Shown here piece by piece: positions 1 through 9,320 of a stretch of 64,000 bases of DNA. This DNA is from Candidatus Buchananbacteria bacterium. Its GTDB lineage: Bacteria > Patescibacteriota > Patescibacteriia > 2-01-FULL-39-33. The position numbers and the translations under genes are program-made. Under the pieces are notes generated by a model. That model saw nothing but the letters and a program-made list of their open reading frames with translations. It made no database searches and was not told the origin of the DNA. The stretch spans positions 182,627 to 246,626 of the forward strand of contig JBAYFY010000001.1 of assembly GCA_041666945.1 (NCBI GenBank), in the 5' to 3' direction. Positions within the stretch are counted from its first letter, which is position 1. Every line of letters begins with the position of its first letter.

Positions 1-210
1 ATCAAGGAAGACACGGTCATCAGGAGCTTGCGCGATTCAATTAAAATCAGCGATCTTAAATTGAACGATTTAGTGGTTATTATCGGCGACCCGGCGACCA
101 CCAGCGGCCAAATTATCGCTAAGCTTATCAGGGTTATGCCAACTCCGCCTGTCAGAGCGTCCGTTGTTGATTCCCCGGTTAATTCCATTACTGCTCCGGC
201 AATTAAATAA
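1..210 (+). CDS. 3' part of hypothetical protein, DUF5666-like (frame open from window start)
   Basis: Frame is open from base 1 (IKEDTVIRSLRDSIKISDLKLNDLVVIIGDP...GQIIAKLIRV). It resembles the 'SDLxxGxxVxVxG...GxIxAxxIxI' motif also seen in 3982..4455. Confidence 0.55.
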   Translation: MKEDTVIRSLRDSIKISDLKLNDLVVIIGDPATTSGQIIAKLIRVMPTPPVRASVVDSPVNSITAPAIK

Positions 211-248
211 TTTATTATTCATTCTTTCTGTTTTAATAATTGTAAATT

Positions 249-2018
249 ATGCTTAACAAGATCAGGGTTTTATTTAAAAAATTAGTTTTAGGCCATAAGA
301 TTATTTCCGGCATTGTTTTAGTCGCGATAATTGTCGGCGGTTATTTTGGCTGGCAGGCGTTATTCGGCGACAAACAGCAAGTGAGTTATGTTACCGCCAA
401 AGCCGCTAAAGATATTATCATTTCAACCGTCTCCGGCAGCGGTACCGTATCCGCCTCCAATGAAGTGGAGCTTAAAACCAAGGCCGCAAGCGATGTGACG
501 GCAATAAAAGTGAAGAAGGGCGATGCGGTCAAAGCCGGCGACGTTCTGATTCAGCTTAATGCCAAAGATGCGGCCAAATCGGTTCGCGACGCCCAGGCCA
601 ATTTGGACTCCGCCAAATTGTCATTGGAAAAATTGCAGCAACCGGCCGAGGAGTTGTCTTTGATTCAAGCGCGGAATTCCTTGATTCAAGCCCAACAAAC
701 TAAAGAAAACTCCCAATACGCTTTGACTAAGGCCTACGAAGACGCTTTTAACGACATATCCAACGCTTTTTTGGATTTGCCGACCATAATGACCGATTTG
801 GATAACATTTTATACAGCAAAGAGATAGGTACGGCGGAAAAATCAGTCGGCAGCAATCAAGATAATCTTTCCGCCTTGCTTTATACTTTGGAATCCGATG
901 ATCAGAATGAATTTCAAGGGTACGAATCGTCGGCGGAAAGCGATTATAAAACCGCTTATGCCAAATATCAGGACAATTTCAACAGTTTTAAGAATACTAA
1001 TCGTTATGCCGATAATCAAGCCATAGAAACATTGCTGGCTGAAACCATAGAAAACGTTAAAGCCGTAGCGCAAGCGGCCAAAAGCGAAAACAACATGATT
1101 GATGTTTGGGTGGAAAACAGATCGGAAAGCAATTGGTCCATCTTTGGCACGGTTAGCGGCTATCAAACAGATTTAAGCGCCGACATCGGTAAAATTAACA
1201 ATCACGTAACTGTCTTGTTGGCCATTCAGCAAACTCTAAAGACGGATAAAGACGCAATTGCCAATGCCGAGAGGACTATTATTGAAAAAACCGCCACCCT
1301 GGCTAACTTAGAGGCCGGAACCGACGCTTTGGACCTTAAGGCGCAACAAATGACCGTTCAACAACGGCAGAATTCTTTGGCTGACGCATTGGAACAATAC
1401 GCCAATTATTCTGTAACCGCTCCTTTTGACGGCGTGGTGGCTAATGTCGCCGTAACCAAGGGCGACACCGTTTCTTCCGGCGCGAGCGCCGTAACCCTGA
1501 TTACCGACCAAAAGATCGCCAATATTTCCCTTAATGAAGTAGATGTGTCTAAAGTCAAGACGGGTCAAAAAGTTACGATAACTTTTGACGCCGTCAGCGA
1601 TTTGACCGTTACCGGATCGGTGGCCGATGTGGATATGATCGGCACAGTCACTCAAGGCGTGGCCAGTTATGACGTAAAAATAGTTTTTGATTCGCAAAAT
1701 GATTTGATTAAATCGGGCATGACCGCCAACGTCAGCATCGTCATTGATTCTAAAGCCGATGCTTTGCAGGTCCCCAGTTCCGCCATTAAGACGCAAAACA
1801 GCATTAATTATGTCCAAGTATTAGTCAATGGCCAGCCCCAGCAGAAAGAAGTCGTTGTCGGCTTAGCCAGCGATACTATGACGGAAATTTTAAGCGGCAT
1901 AAACGAGGGCGATGAAGTGGTAACGCAAACCGTTACCGCGGGAAAATCCAGCGCTAAAACGACCAGCGGCTCCAACTCCGATACTCGTCCCCAGAGCGGG
2001 ATGATGATGGGGTTCTAA
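249..2018 (+). CDS. Efflux periplasmic adaptor / membrane fusion protein (MacA/HlyD-like) with long coiled-coil insert
   Basis: N-terminal TM; lipoyl-like halves 'VKKGDAVKAGDVLIQL' and 'VTAPFDGVVANVAVTKGDTV'; 'IKSGMTANVSI' beta-barrel; directly upstream of ABC ATPase and permease. Confidence 0.9.
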   Translation: MLNKIRVLFKKLVLGHKIISGIVLVAIIVGGYFGWQALFGDKQQVSYVTAKAAKDIIISTVSGSGTVSASNEVELKTKAASDVTAIKVKKGDAVKAGDVLIQLNAKDAAKSVRDAQANLDSAKLSLEKLQQPAEELSLIQARNSLIQAQQTKENSQYALTKAYEDAFNDISNAFLDLPTIMTDLDNILYSKEIGTAEKSVGSNQDNLSALLYTLESDDQNEFQGYESSAESDYKTAYAKYQDNFNSFKNTNRYADNQAIETLLAETIENVKAVAQAAKSENNMIDVWVENRSESNWSIFGTVSGYQTDLSADIGKINNHVTVLLAIQQTLKTDKDAIANAERTIIEKTATLANLEAGTDALDLKAQQMTVQQRQNSLADALEQYANYSVTAPFDGVVANVAVTKGDTVSSGASAVTLITDQKIANISLNEVDVSKVKTGQKVTITFDAVSDLTVTGSVADVDMIGTVTQGVASYDVKIVFDSQNDLIKSGMTANVSIVIDSKADALQVPSSAIKTQNSINYVQVLVNGQPQQKEVVVGLASDTMTEILSGINEGDEVVTQTVTAGKSSAKTTSGSNSDTRPQSGMMMGF

Positions 2019-2027
2019 CCAATATTT

Positions 2028-2714
2028 ATGCTTAGATGCGAAAATATAAATAAGATTTATCAGATGGGCGAAGATAACGAGTTGGCAGTCCTGTCTGATA
2101 TAAATTTTAAGATAAACAAAGGGGAATTTGTGGCCATTATCGGTCCCTCCGGTTCAGGCAAGACCACCCTGATGAATATTTTAGGCGCCCTGGATCGTCC
2201 CAGCACCGGCAAGTATTTTCTTGACGATCAGGACGTATTCAGTTTGTCGGATGAAGAGATAGCTTTAATCCGTTGCAAGAAAATCGGCTTTGTTTTTCAA
2301 TCATTCAATCTGTTGTCGCGCTCTACCGTATTGCGCAATGTCATGGTGCCTTTAATTTATGCCAAAGTGCCGAAAGAACAGCGTTTGGCTTTGGCCGATC
2401 AAGCCCTTAAAGCCGTCGGCCTGGAAGAAAATCGCTGGCATCACTTGTCCAACCAGTTATCCGGCGGACAAATGCAACGCGTGGCCATCGCCCGGGCGTT
2501 GATTAACAATCCCGACATTATTTTAGCCGACGAACCGACAGGCAATCTTGACTCTAAGACGGGGGAGATTACTTTGGAGACCTTTAAGCGTTTGAACCGC
2601 GAATACGGCCATACGATAATCCTTATTACCCATGATCATAATGTCGCCAGCCATGCCGATCGGATAATTGAGATCAAGGACGGCCGGATTACCAGCGATA
2701 AAAAAATCAGATAA
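2028..2714 (+). CDS. ABC transporter ATP-binding protein (MacB/LolD family)
   Basis: Walker A GPSGSGKT, signature [15 protein letters not shown], Walker [13 protein letters not shown]-loop ITHD. Confidence 0.95.
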   Translation: MLRCENINKIYQMGEDNELAVLSDINFKINKGEFVAIIGPSGSGKTTLMNILGALDRPSTGKYFLDDQDVFSLSDEEIALIRCKKIGFVFQSFNLLSRSTVLRNVMVPLIYAKVPKEQRLALADQALKAVGLEENRWHHLSNQLSGGQMQRVAIARALINNPDIILADEPTGNLDSKTGEITLETFKRLNREYGHTIILITHDHNVASHADRIIEIKDGRITSDKKIR

Positions 2715-2717
2715 TTT

Positions 2718-3941
2718 ATGCTGTTTTACGATTTATCACAAGAAACATATTTTTCCTTGTTATCAAACAAATCTCGATCTGTTTTGACGATTTTAGGTAT
2801 TGTCATCGGTATCGCCTCGGTGATCGCCATGGTTTCCGTCGGCCAGGGAGCAACTTCAAACATTACCAGCAATATAGAATCTTTGGGCACTAATTTGTTG
2901 GTCGTTTCGCCATCTTCGCAGCGCCGCGCCGGTGAATTGGTCAAGGGCGGCATGGGTGAAGCAACCACTTTGACCTTGGAAGACGCGGAAGCGATTTATG
3001 ATTCCATTGGCGGCATTGACACTGTGGCGCCGACGGTAACTTCCCGCAAACAGGTTACGGCTAAAGGCACCAACACCAATACCAGTATTTATGGCGTCAA
3101 TGAGAATTATTTTATTGTCAAAAGCGTAACTACCGATGTCGGGTCTTTATTCGGCAATCAGCAAGTGGAAGCAAATGCCCGCGTAGCCGTAATCGGTCCC
3201 GATACCAGAGATGACTTATTCGGCGAGGAAGCCAATCCTATAGGACAGAAGATACGCATCAGCGGCCAGGAATTCACGGTTATCGGAGTTACCGCGAGCA
3301 AAGGCGGCAGCGCTTTGGGCAGTTCCGATGATTTGATTTATATTCCCCTTGGCGTGGCCCAGCAATATTTAAGCGGCAGCAAGTCCGTCAGCAATATAAA
3401 CATTCAGGTGTCCTCGGCTGATTTGATGGATGCGGTAGAACAGCAAATCTCCGATTTGCTTTTGTCGCGGCATGGCATTAGCAATGTTGATAATGCTGAT
3501 TTCCGCATTATGAACCAAGCCGACATGTTAAGCACGATGTCTTCAGTTTCGTCCACCCTTACCTGGCTTTTGGGAGCGATCGCCGGCATCTCGCTGGTGG
3601 TCGGCGGCATCGGCATTATGAATATGATGCTGACAACCGTAACTGAACGCACCAGGGAAATCGGCCTAAGGAAATCGTTGGGCGCCAAAAATTCCGATAT
3701 CAGCAGCCAGTTTCTGGCCGAGTCCGTGGCCCTGACCTTTATTGGCGGGTTCTTCGGCATTATTATCGGCTGGCTGGCGTCTTACGTTATCGGTGCTTTG
3801 GCCAGTATGACAACAAGCGTTACCTGGACTTCGGTTTTGTTGGCCTTCGGCATTTCCGCCCTCATTGGTATCGTGTTCGGCTATTATCCGGCGCGCCGCG
3901 CCGCCAAACTTAATCCGATTGACGCTTTGCGGTATCAGTAG
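2718..3941 (+). CDS. ABC transporter permease (MacB/FtsX-like)
   Basis: 'RSVLTILGIVIGIASV', 'GGIGIMNMMLTTVTERTREIGLRKSLGA', C-terminal 'PARRAAKLNPIDALRY'. Confidence 0.95.
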   Translation: MLFYDLSQETYFSLLSNKSRSVLTILGIVIGIASVIAMVSVGQGATSNITSNIESLGTNLLVVSPSSQRRAGELVKGGMGEATTLTLEDAEAIYDSIGGIDTVAPTVTSRKQVTAKGTNTNTSIYGVNENYFIVKSVTTDVGSLFGNQQVEANARVAVIGPDTRDDLFGEEANPIGQKIRISGQEFTVIGVTASKGGSALGSSDDLIYIPLGVAQQYLSGSKSVSNINIQVSSADLMDAVEQQISDLLLSRHGISNVDNADFRIMNQADMLSTMSSVSSTLTWLLGAIAGISLVVGGIGIMNMMLTTVTERTREIGLRKSLGAKNSDISSQFLAESVALTFIGGFFGIIIGWLASYVIGALASMTTSVTWTSVLLAFGISALIGIVFGYYPARRAAKLNPIDALRYQ

Positions 3942-3981
3942 GAATTAAGATTAATTATCAATTATTAATAATCAATAATTT

Positions 3982-4455
3982 ATGAAACAAAAATTACCCC
4001 TTCCTTTGATGATTCTGGCCGCCGTGGTCGTAATCGTGCTTGTCGGCGCCGCATCCTTTTATGCCGGCACCAAGTATTCTTCAGCCAAGAGATTCAGCTC
4101 GTTTGGCAATGGCAATTTTGGGCCGGGCCAACAGCAAGGCGATGCCGCTGCGGCCGGCCGGAAAATCAATGCCGGCGGGGGAATGATTAACGGCGATATC
4201 CTGTCTTTGGACGAAAAGAATATTACGGTTAAGGGTCGCGACGGCAGTTCCAAAATGGTTTTTTTCGCCACTTCAACGGAAGTGGGCAAGTTCGCCGTCG
4301 GAACCGTTAGTGATTTGGCTGTCGGACAGAATGTCATGGTAACAGGTAAAACCAATAGCGATGGCAGTATTGTCGCCCAGTCGATTCAGATTCGTCCGGC
4401 TGCGGCTAATCCCGATCTTGGCGCGCCCGCTGTTTCTGGCAATCCAGTTAAATAA
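3982..4455 (+). CDS. Membrane-anchored hypothetical protein, DUF5666-like
   Basis: N-terminal TM, Gly/Gln-rich linker, 'SDLAVGQNVMVTGKTNSDGSIVAQSIQIRP'. Confidence 0.7.
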   Translation: MKQKLPLPLMILAAVVVIVLVGAASFYAGTKYSSAKRFSSFGNGNFGPGQQQGDAAAAGRKINAGGGMINGDILSLDEKNITVKGRDGSSKMVFFATSTEVGKFAVGTVSDLAVGQNVMVTGKTNSDGSIVAQSIQIRPAAANPDLGAPAVSGNPVK

Positions 4456-4477
4456 TAATCAAATAATTTTGACCGCT

Positions 4478-4511
4478 AAAAGAACACTCCGTAGGAGGAG
4501 TGTTCTTTTTT
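4478..4511. terminator. Bidirectional intrinsic terminator
   Basis: AAAAGAACACTCC-gtagga-GGAGTGTTCTTTT: 13-bp stem with A/T tracts, between the convergent CDS and tRNA-Glu. Confidence 0.8.
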
Positions 4512-4512
4512 G

Positions 4513-4584
4513 TACCGCCACGGAGAATCGAACTCCGGTTCTCGCCTTGAGAAGGCGGTGTCCTAACCACTAGACGATGGCGGC
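4513..4584 (-). tRNA. tRNA-Glu (anticodon CTC), CCA not encoded
   Basis: Reverse complement GCCGCCATCGTCTAGTGGTTAGGACACCGCCTTCTCAAGGCGAGAACCGGAGTTCGATTCTCCGTGGCGGTA: acceptor GCCGCCA/TGGCGGT, anticodon loop TTCTCAA, T-loop GTTCGATTC. Confidence 0.95.
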
Positions 4585-4598
4585 AAAAGCGTTACTTT

Positions 4599-4740
4599 TA
4601 TTGGCTAGTGAGCGAGCGAACCAGCGCTTTAAAGCGCTGGATTCCGAGCGAGCGACGCCAATATAGTCAAATACTGCTCGGCTTGCCGAGCTGTTAGTAC
4701 GCAAGTTCCACTATTACCCCGGGGCTTGTCCCGGGGGTTA
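4599..4740. repeat. Cluster of GC-rich palindromes/hairpins in the tRNA-Glu leader
   Basis: Perfect 20-bp palindrome CCAGCGCTTTAAAGCGCTGG (4621-4640) flanked by GAGCGAGCGA direct repeats and TATTGGC/GCCAATA inverted ends; GCTCGGC-TT-GCCGAGC (4676-4691); CCCCGGG-GCTTGT-CCCGGGG (4717-4736). Confidence 0.7.
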
Positions 4741-4759
4741 TATTATTAAAGACGAAATT

Positions 4760-4788
4760 ATTATAGCATAAATTTTTGGAATAATCAA
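4760..4788 (-). promoter_or_regulatory. Putative sigma70 promoter for the tRNA-Glu transcript
   Basis: On - strand TTGATT-N17-TATAAT with extended -10 TG (ttgatt attccaaaaatttatgc tataat). Confidence 0.6.
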
Positions 4789-4893
4789 GTCGCCAGGCGT
4801 TTTTTTAATTTGCCGTCTTTGTCTGGTTGCTTGTTTCTGCCTTGTTTTTAGTGTAAAATTAACTCTGTCAATCCGATTAATTTAATTAATTTT

Positions 4894-7134
4894 ATGAATC
4901 AAAAGCCGCTTTTGGCGTTGGCATTAAAAGCTGTAATCTGGGCTTGCTTGGGCGTTATTTTTTTCTCCGCCCTGTATGTCAGTTCGTATCTCTTTTTTCC
5001 TTTCATCACCACTAAAAATTTCGCTTTTCAAATCAGCGTAGAAATAATGTTTTTCGCTTTCCTGTTGCTGTGCCTGGTTGACGGTAGATACCGCATCCGG
5101 CTTAATCCCGCCGTGCTTTTGATTCTTCTTTACTTAGTGATTTTAACCGTGGCCTCGGCTTTTTCCGGCAATGATTTTTACCATTCTTTTTGGTCCAACA
5201 ATGAGCGTTGCGACGGCATCCTGCTTTTGTTGCACCTGTCTTTGTTCTGCGTGGTGCTGTCGGGTTTTTTCCGTTCCATTAAAGAATGGCTTTATGTGTT
5301 TGATTTGTTCCTTGTCGCTTCCTTCGCCGTCGCTCTGGTGGCGTTAGACCAATATTTGGCTTTGACTTTCGTCGGTTCCTGGTCGGATCATTTTATGCCG
5401 TCGTCAAACGGCGCGCGTTTGGCCGGCACAATAGGCAACTCCGGCTATGTCGGCGGTTATATGGTGTTTGGAATTTTTACCGCCCTGTTCATGTCTTTAA
5501 AGCGCTCGCAGTGGTGGGCCAAGGCCTGGTATGTCTTAGTGATGCTTTTAGAATTATTTATCGCCGTGCAAACTTTTACTCGCGGCGCTTATCTGGCTTT
5601 ATTGGTCGGAGCGGGCATTTCCGTGCCCTATTTGATGATATTTTATTATCGCAATCGCTACCTGAAAATCGCCGCCGTTTCGCTGATTGTTTTGTTCGTT
5701 TTGTCGTTCGCTTCCATTTTTGTTTTTAAAGATTCTGATTTTGTCAGGCAACAGCCGATTTTAAGCCGCATCTCCTCCATTTCCCTAAAAGACGGCACCG
5801 CCAACAACCGTCTCATCACTTGGGGGCTTGCCTTGCAGGCCGTAGAAGAAAAGCCGTTGTTGGGTTGGGGCCAGGAGAATTTTTATCAGATTTTTGACAA
5901 ATACTACACCACTAAAAACACCGAGCAATGGTTTGACCGTTCGCATAACATGATTTTTGATCGAGCCACTACCGGCGGCATTATCGGCCTGTTGAGTTAT
6001 CTGGCGTTATTGCTCCTGCCTTTTTATTTTATGTGGCGCTATTACTGGGGCGAATATAAAGAGAGGACGGACGACAAAGAGCATTTGGCCAGGCGTTTTC
6101 TTACGCCCGTAATTTTTTCCATTCTAATTCTGGCTTATATCATCCAGAACATGTTTATTTTTGAGGCCCTGGCGATTTATATCCCGCTGATTATGGTTCT
6201 AAGTTTTGTCGGACAGTACGGCCGGGGTTGGAATTTCGCCTTTTTGGACAATTTTAATTTCAAAGCGGGTTTGGCCGTGGTAATGGTTGTTTTATTGGCG
6301 CCCATGCTTTGGATTTTCAATCTTAAGCCGCTTTACGCCAATATAGATTTCATTAAGGCCCTGACTACGCCTTGGCCGACTTTGCAGGACAAAATAAACG
6401 CTTTTGAAGAAGTTATCGGCCGGGGTACTTTTGGCAATCAGGAATATCGCCGGCACTATTTTAATTTTTACGAGCAGACCATAATGGATTATCTCGGCCA
6501 GCAGGAAAATCGTACGGCGGAGAAAGACAAGCAAATGTCCGATTGGTCAAACTTAATGGAAAGCCAATTCCAGGCGCAACTGAAAGAGAACCCTAATAGC
6601 GTTACTAATTGGTTGCTTTTAAACCGTTTTTATAATATTTCCTATTATTTTGACGTGAGACGGCTGCAAAAGGCGACGGATATCGCTGAACAAGCCATCA
6701 GTTTGAGTCCGGGCCGGCCGCAGGGGTATTATGTGGCGGGCATGTCGTATTATTATTTCGGCGCTTATTTTTTAATGAACAAGAATGATGTTGAAGCGGC
6801 AAAATGCTACAAAGAAACCCTGGCATTATTCTGGCGCGGAGCCAATAAGAATGTCAGACCGGGCGAGGGTTTTGACCAGTTCGTTGATTTTATTCTGTCT
6901 TTGCAGAGCAATCCGGCCTCCGCTCCGATTTTCGCCCGACTGTTGGCCGAGGAGCCGATAAATAATTCAACCTCTATAGAGGTGATTAAAGAATTGGCCC
7001 GGTGGTCAAATTTATCCGCCGATCAAGAAATTATGGCGCAAAGGCAGGATAAGCTTAAGAGCATGGCGGCTTGGCTGATAGCTTCCAAGGCGGGCAGTCC
7101 AGAGCTAAGGCAATATTTGGAAACAATCAAGTAA
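4894..7134 (+). CDS. O-antigen ligase-like / O-oligosaccharyltransferase family membrane protein with TPR-like C-terminus
   Basis: Many TM helices; 'RLAGTIGNSGYVGGY', 'TFTRGAYLAL', 'RLITWGLALQAVEEKPLLGWGQENF', 'DRSHNMIFDRATTGGIIG' (Wzy_C-type motifs); helical C-terminal region. Confidence 0.85.
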   Translation: MNQKPLLALALKAVIWACLGVIFFSALYVSSYLFFPFITTKNFAFQISVEIMFFAFLLLCLVDGRYRIRLNPAVLLILLYLVILTVASAFSGNDFYHSFWSNNERCDGILLLLHLSLFCVVLSGFFRSIKEWLYVFDLFLVASFAVALVALDQYLALTFVGSWSDHFMPSSNGARLAGTIGNSGYVGGYMVFGIFTALFMSLKRSQWWAKAWYVLVMLLELFIAVQTFTRGAYLALLVGAGISVPYLMIFYYRNRYLKIAAVSLIVLFVLSFASIFVFKDSDFVRQQPILSRISSISLKDGTANNRLITWGLALQAVEEKPLLGWGQENFYQIFDKYYTTKNTEQWFDRSHNMIFDRATTGGIIGLLSYLALLLLPFYFMWRYYWGEYKERTDDKEHLARRFLTPVIFSILILAYIIQNMFIFEALAIYIPLIMVLSFVGQYGRGWNFAFLDNFNFKAGLAVVMVVLLAPMLWIFNLKPLYANIDFIKALTTPWPTLQDKINAFEEVIGRGTFGNQEYRRHYFNFYEQTIMDYLGQQENRTAEKDKQMSDWSNLMESQFQAQLKENPNSVTNWLLLNRFYNISYYFDVRRLQKATDIAEQAISLSPGRPQGYYVAGMSYYYFGAYFLMNKNDVEAAKCYKETLALFWRGANKNVRPGEGFDQFVDFILSLQSNPASAPIFARLLAEEPINNSTSIEVIKELARWSNLSADQEIMAQRQDKLKSMAAWLIASKAGSPELRQYLETIK

Positions 7135-7136
7135 TA

Positions 7137-7168
7137 TAAAAATCCCCGGATAAAATCGGGGATTTTTA
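7137..7168. terminator. Bidirectional intrinsic terminator
   Basis: TAAAAATCCCCG-gataaaat-CGGGGATTTTTA between convergent genes. Confidence 0.8.
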
Positions 7169-7188
7169 GTTAACTGATTTTTTGTTTT

Positions 7189-8340
7189 TTATTTCAAATA
7201 TGTCGCAAAGGTTTTTTCTACCATTTCGCTTAGGCCGAATTCTTTCTTTACCTTAGCCAGTCCCGCTTCGCCGAATTGTTTTCTTATCCGGTCGTCGGCT
7301 AAAAGCTTGATTTTTTCCGCTAACGATTCGGGAGAGCGCGGTTTGGCCAGATAGCCGGTAACGCCGTCGTCAATCATTTCCGGGATGCCGCCGACACGAG
7401 TCGTCACTATCGGCAAGCCGGCGGACATGGCTTCCAATATGAAATAGGGCAGGCCTTCTTTGACCGACGACATGACCGCCAAGTCCAGCGCCTTTAAATA
7501 TCTGGCGGCTTGCGGTTTGCCGCCGGCAAGAATAACGTCATCCTGTAATTCCAATTGTTTGATTTGCCGTTCCAATTCGCCTCTTAATTCTCCCTCGCCG
7601 ATGATTATCAGCTTATAGCTTAGGGCAGACGGCTTGCGGTTCAACAGCTTAATGGCATCAATCAGATAATTTAATCCTTTGGTGGCATAAAAATTAGCAA
7701 TCGTCCCAAGTATAAACTGTTGGCCGTTGATTATTGGCTGGCGGTTGAATAATTCGGCCGAAGCGATTTCTTTATCCCAAAAGTAATCTTCAGGAAAATC
7801 TACGCCATTATGGATAGTAATTAATTTATCGGGTTTGGCGATTTTTTTGTTTATGCCGATTTGCCGATCGTATTCGGAAACGCAGATAATGCGATGTTTG
7901 GTTCCGGCCGTCAGCCGTTCCAGCCAGAGGTACAACGACCGTTTAAGCGGATTCATTGGTTCATTGAAAACCCAGCCGTGAGCCGTGTAAATAAGCTTGC
8001 CCCGGATTGATCTGGGGCAAAACCAGAAGGCGAAAGTACCGACTACGCCCGCTTTGGAGCTGTTTAAATGGATTATGTCCGGTTTAATTTTTCGGTATAA
8101 TTTAGCCAATTCAAAAACAGCCAAAATATCGTTTAGGGGAGAGATGGCTCTTTTTAGGTGCTTTAGAGTCAAAAATTGGCTATTTTTAGCGTTAATTTGT
8201 TGACTAAGCCAATTACCGCTGTTTTCACCGACAGCCACGCTAACGTCCCAATTTTGGCCTGCAGCGGCCCTTGCTAAGGCGCTGATATAAAGTTGGGCGC
8301 CGCCGATTTCGCCCTGGGTTATGACATAAAGGATTTTCAT
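7189..8340 (-). CDS. Glycosyltransferase family 4
   Basis: 'GGAQ' N-terminus, 'IHLNSSKAG', 'YTAHGW', 'EGLPYFILEAMSAGLPIVTTRVGGIPE'. Confidence 0.92.
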   Translation of the reverse strand: MKILYVITQGEIGGAQLYISALARAAAGQNWDVSVAVGENSGNWLSQQINAKNSQFLTLKHLKRAISPLNDILAVFELAKLYRKIKPDIIHLNSSKAGVVGTFAFWFCPRSIRGKLIYTAHGWVFNEPMNPLKRSLYLWLERLTAGTKHRIICVSEYDRQIGINKKIAKPDKLITIHNGVDFPEDYFWDKEIASAELFNRQPIINGQQFILGTIANFYATKGLNYLIDAIKLLNRKPSALSYKLIIIGEGELRGELERQIKQLELQDDVILAGGKPQAARYLKALDLAVMSSVKEGLPYFILEAMSAGLPIVTTRVGGIPEMIDDGVTGYLAKPRSPESLAEKIKLLADDRIRKQFGEAGLAKVKKEFGLSEMVEKTFATYLK

Positions 8341-8359
8341 AATTTAAAACAAATGAAGC

Positions 8360-8389
8360 TTGAAATTTATAATCATTTTCTGCTATAAT
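8360..8389 (+). promoter_or_regulatory. Putative sigma70 promoter heading the long + strand glycan operon
   Basis: TTGAAA-N18-TATAAT with extended -10 (TGCTATAAT) in the divergent intergenic gap. Confidence 0.6.
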
Positions 8390-8423
8390 ATTAAGGTATT
8401 ATTTGACAATTTACAAGACCGCC

Positions 8424-9266
8424 ATGAATAAATTAATCGGTTTTATCGGCCAGGGCTGGATCGGCAAAAATTATGCCGACGATTTTGAAGTTAGGGGCTA
8501 TCAGGTAATCAGATATTCTTTGGAAGAACCGTATCTCGCCAACAAAGAAAAAATCAGCGAGTGTGATATCGTGTTCATTGCCGTGCCTACCCCGACTACC
8601 CGGACGGGGTTTGATGATTCCATTGTCAGAGGCGCCGTGAAGCTGGTCGGCCAAGGCAAGATCGCGGTAATCAAGTCCACGATTCTGCCCGGCACGACAG
8701 AGTCAATCCAAGCGGAAAATCCAAATATTTATTTGTTCCATTCGCCGGAATTTTTGTCTGTTTCCACCGCTTATGACGATTCGCGCCATCCGCAGAGGAA
8801 TATCGTCGGCCTGCCCATAGACAATGAAACATACAAAACCAAAGCCCGAGAGGTGATGTCGGTGTTGCCCCAGGCGGATTTTTCTCTTATTACTTCGGCC
8901 AAAGAAGCGGAATTATTCAAGTATTTGCGGAACTGCTTTTTTTATACCAAAGTCGTTTACATGAACATGCTTTATGATTTGGCCAAGAAGTTAGGTTGCC
9001 GGTGGGAAGTGCTAAGGGAAATCATGTCCAATGATCCCTGGATTGGCAACATGCATATTGATCCGGTGCATAAAAGCGGCCGGGGCGCCGGCGGAGAATG
9101 CTTTATCAAGGATTTAGCCGCACTTAGGCGTTTCTACAAACAGAATTTGAACGATGAAACGGCGGATTGGGTTTTTTCCGCTTTGGAGAAAAAGAATATT
9201 GAGTTGTTGTTAAAAAGCCAGAAAGATTTGGATTTGCTTAAAGGCGTTTATGGCGAGGATATTTAA
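8424..9266 (+). CDS. UDP-glucose/GDP-mannose dehydrogenase family protein, short form lacking the C-terminal domain
   Basis: GQGWIG Rossmann motif, 'FIAVPTP', 'IKSTILPGTT', 'SPEFL', 'AELFKY', catalytic 'GGECFIKD'. ATG at 8424 preferred over the ORF-track TTG at 8403. Confidence 0.85.
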   Translation: MNKLIGFIGQGWIGKNYADDFEVRGYQVIRYSLEEPYLANKEKISECDIVFIAVPTPTTRTGFDDSIVRGAVKLVGQGKIAVIKSTILPGTTESIQAENPNIYLFHSPEFLSVSTAYDDSRHPQRNIVGLPIDNETYKTKAREVMSVLPQADFSLITSAKEAELFKYLRNCFFYTKVVYMNMLYDLAKKLGCRWEVLREIMSNDPWIGNMHIDPVHKSGRGAGGECFIKDLAALRRFYKQNLNDETADWVFSALEKKNIELLLKSQKDLDLLKGVYGEDI

Positions 9267-9287
9267 GAGATAGTTTGTTATCTAACC

Positions 9288-9311
9288 TGTTACGTAGCAT
9301 GCTACGTAACA
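9288..9311. repeat. Perfect 24-bp palindrome
   Basis: TGTTACGTAGCATGCTACGTAACA is its own reverse complement; it lies in the 54-bp intergenic gap. Confidence 0.85.
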
Positions 9312-9320
9312 ATTTATCGC

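Noticed and set aside
4361-4573. 70-aa + strand ORF
   Set aside because: It overlaps the DUF5666-like gene end, the terminator and the antisense of tRNA-Glu, so it is spurious.
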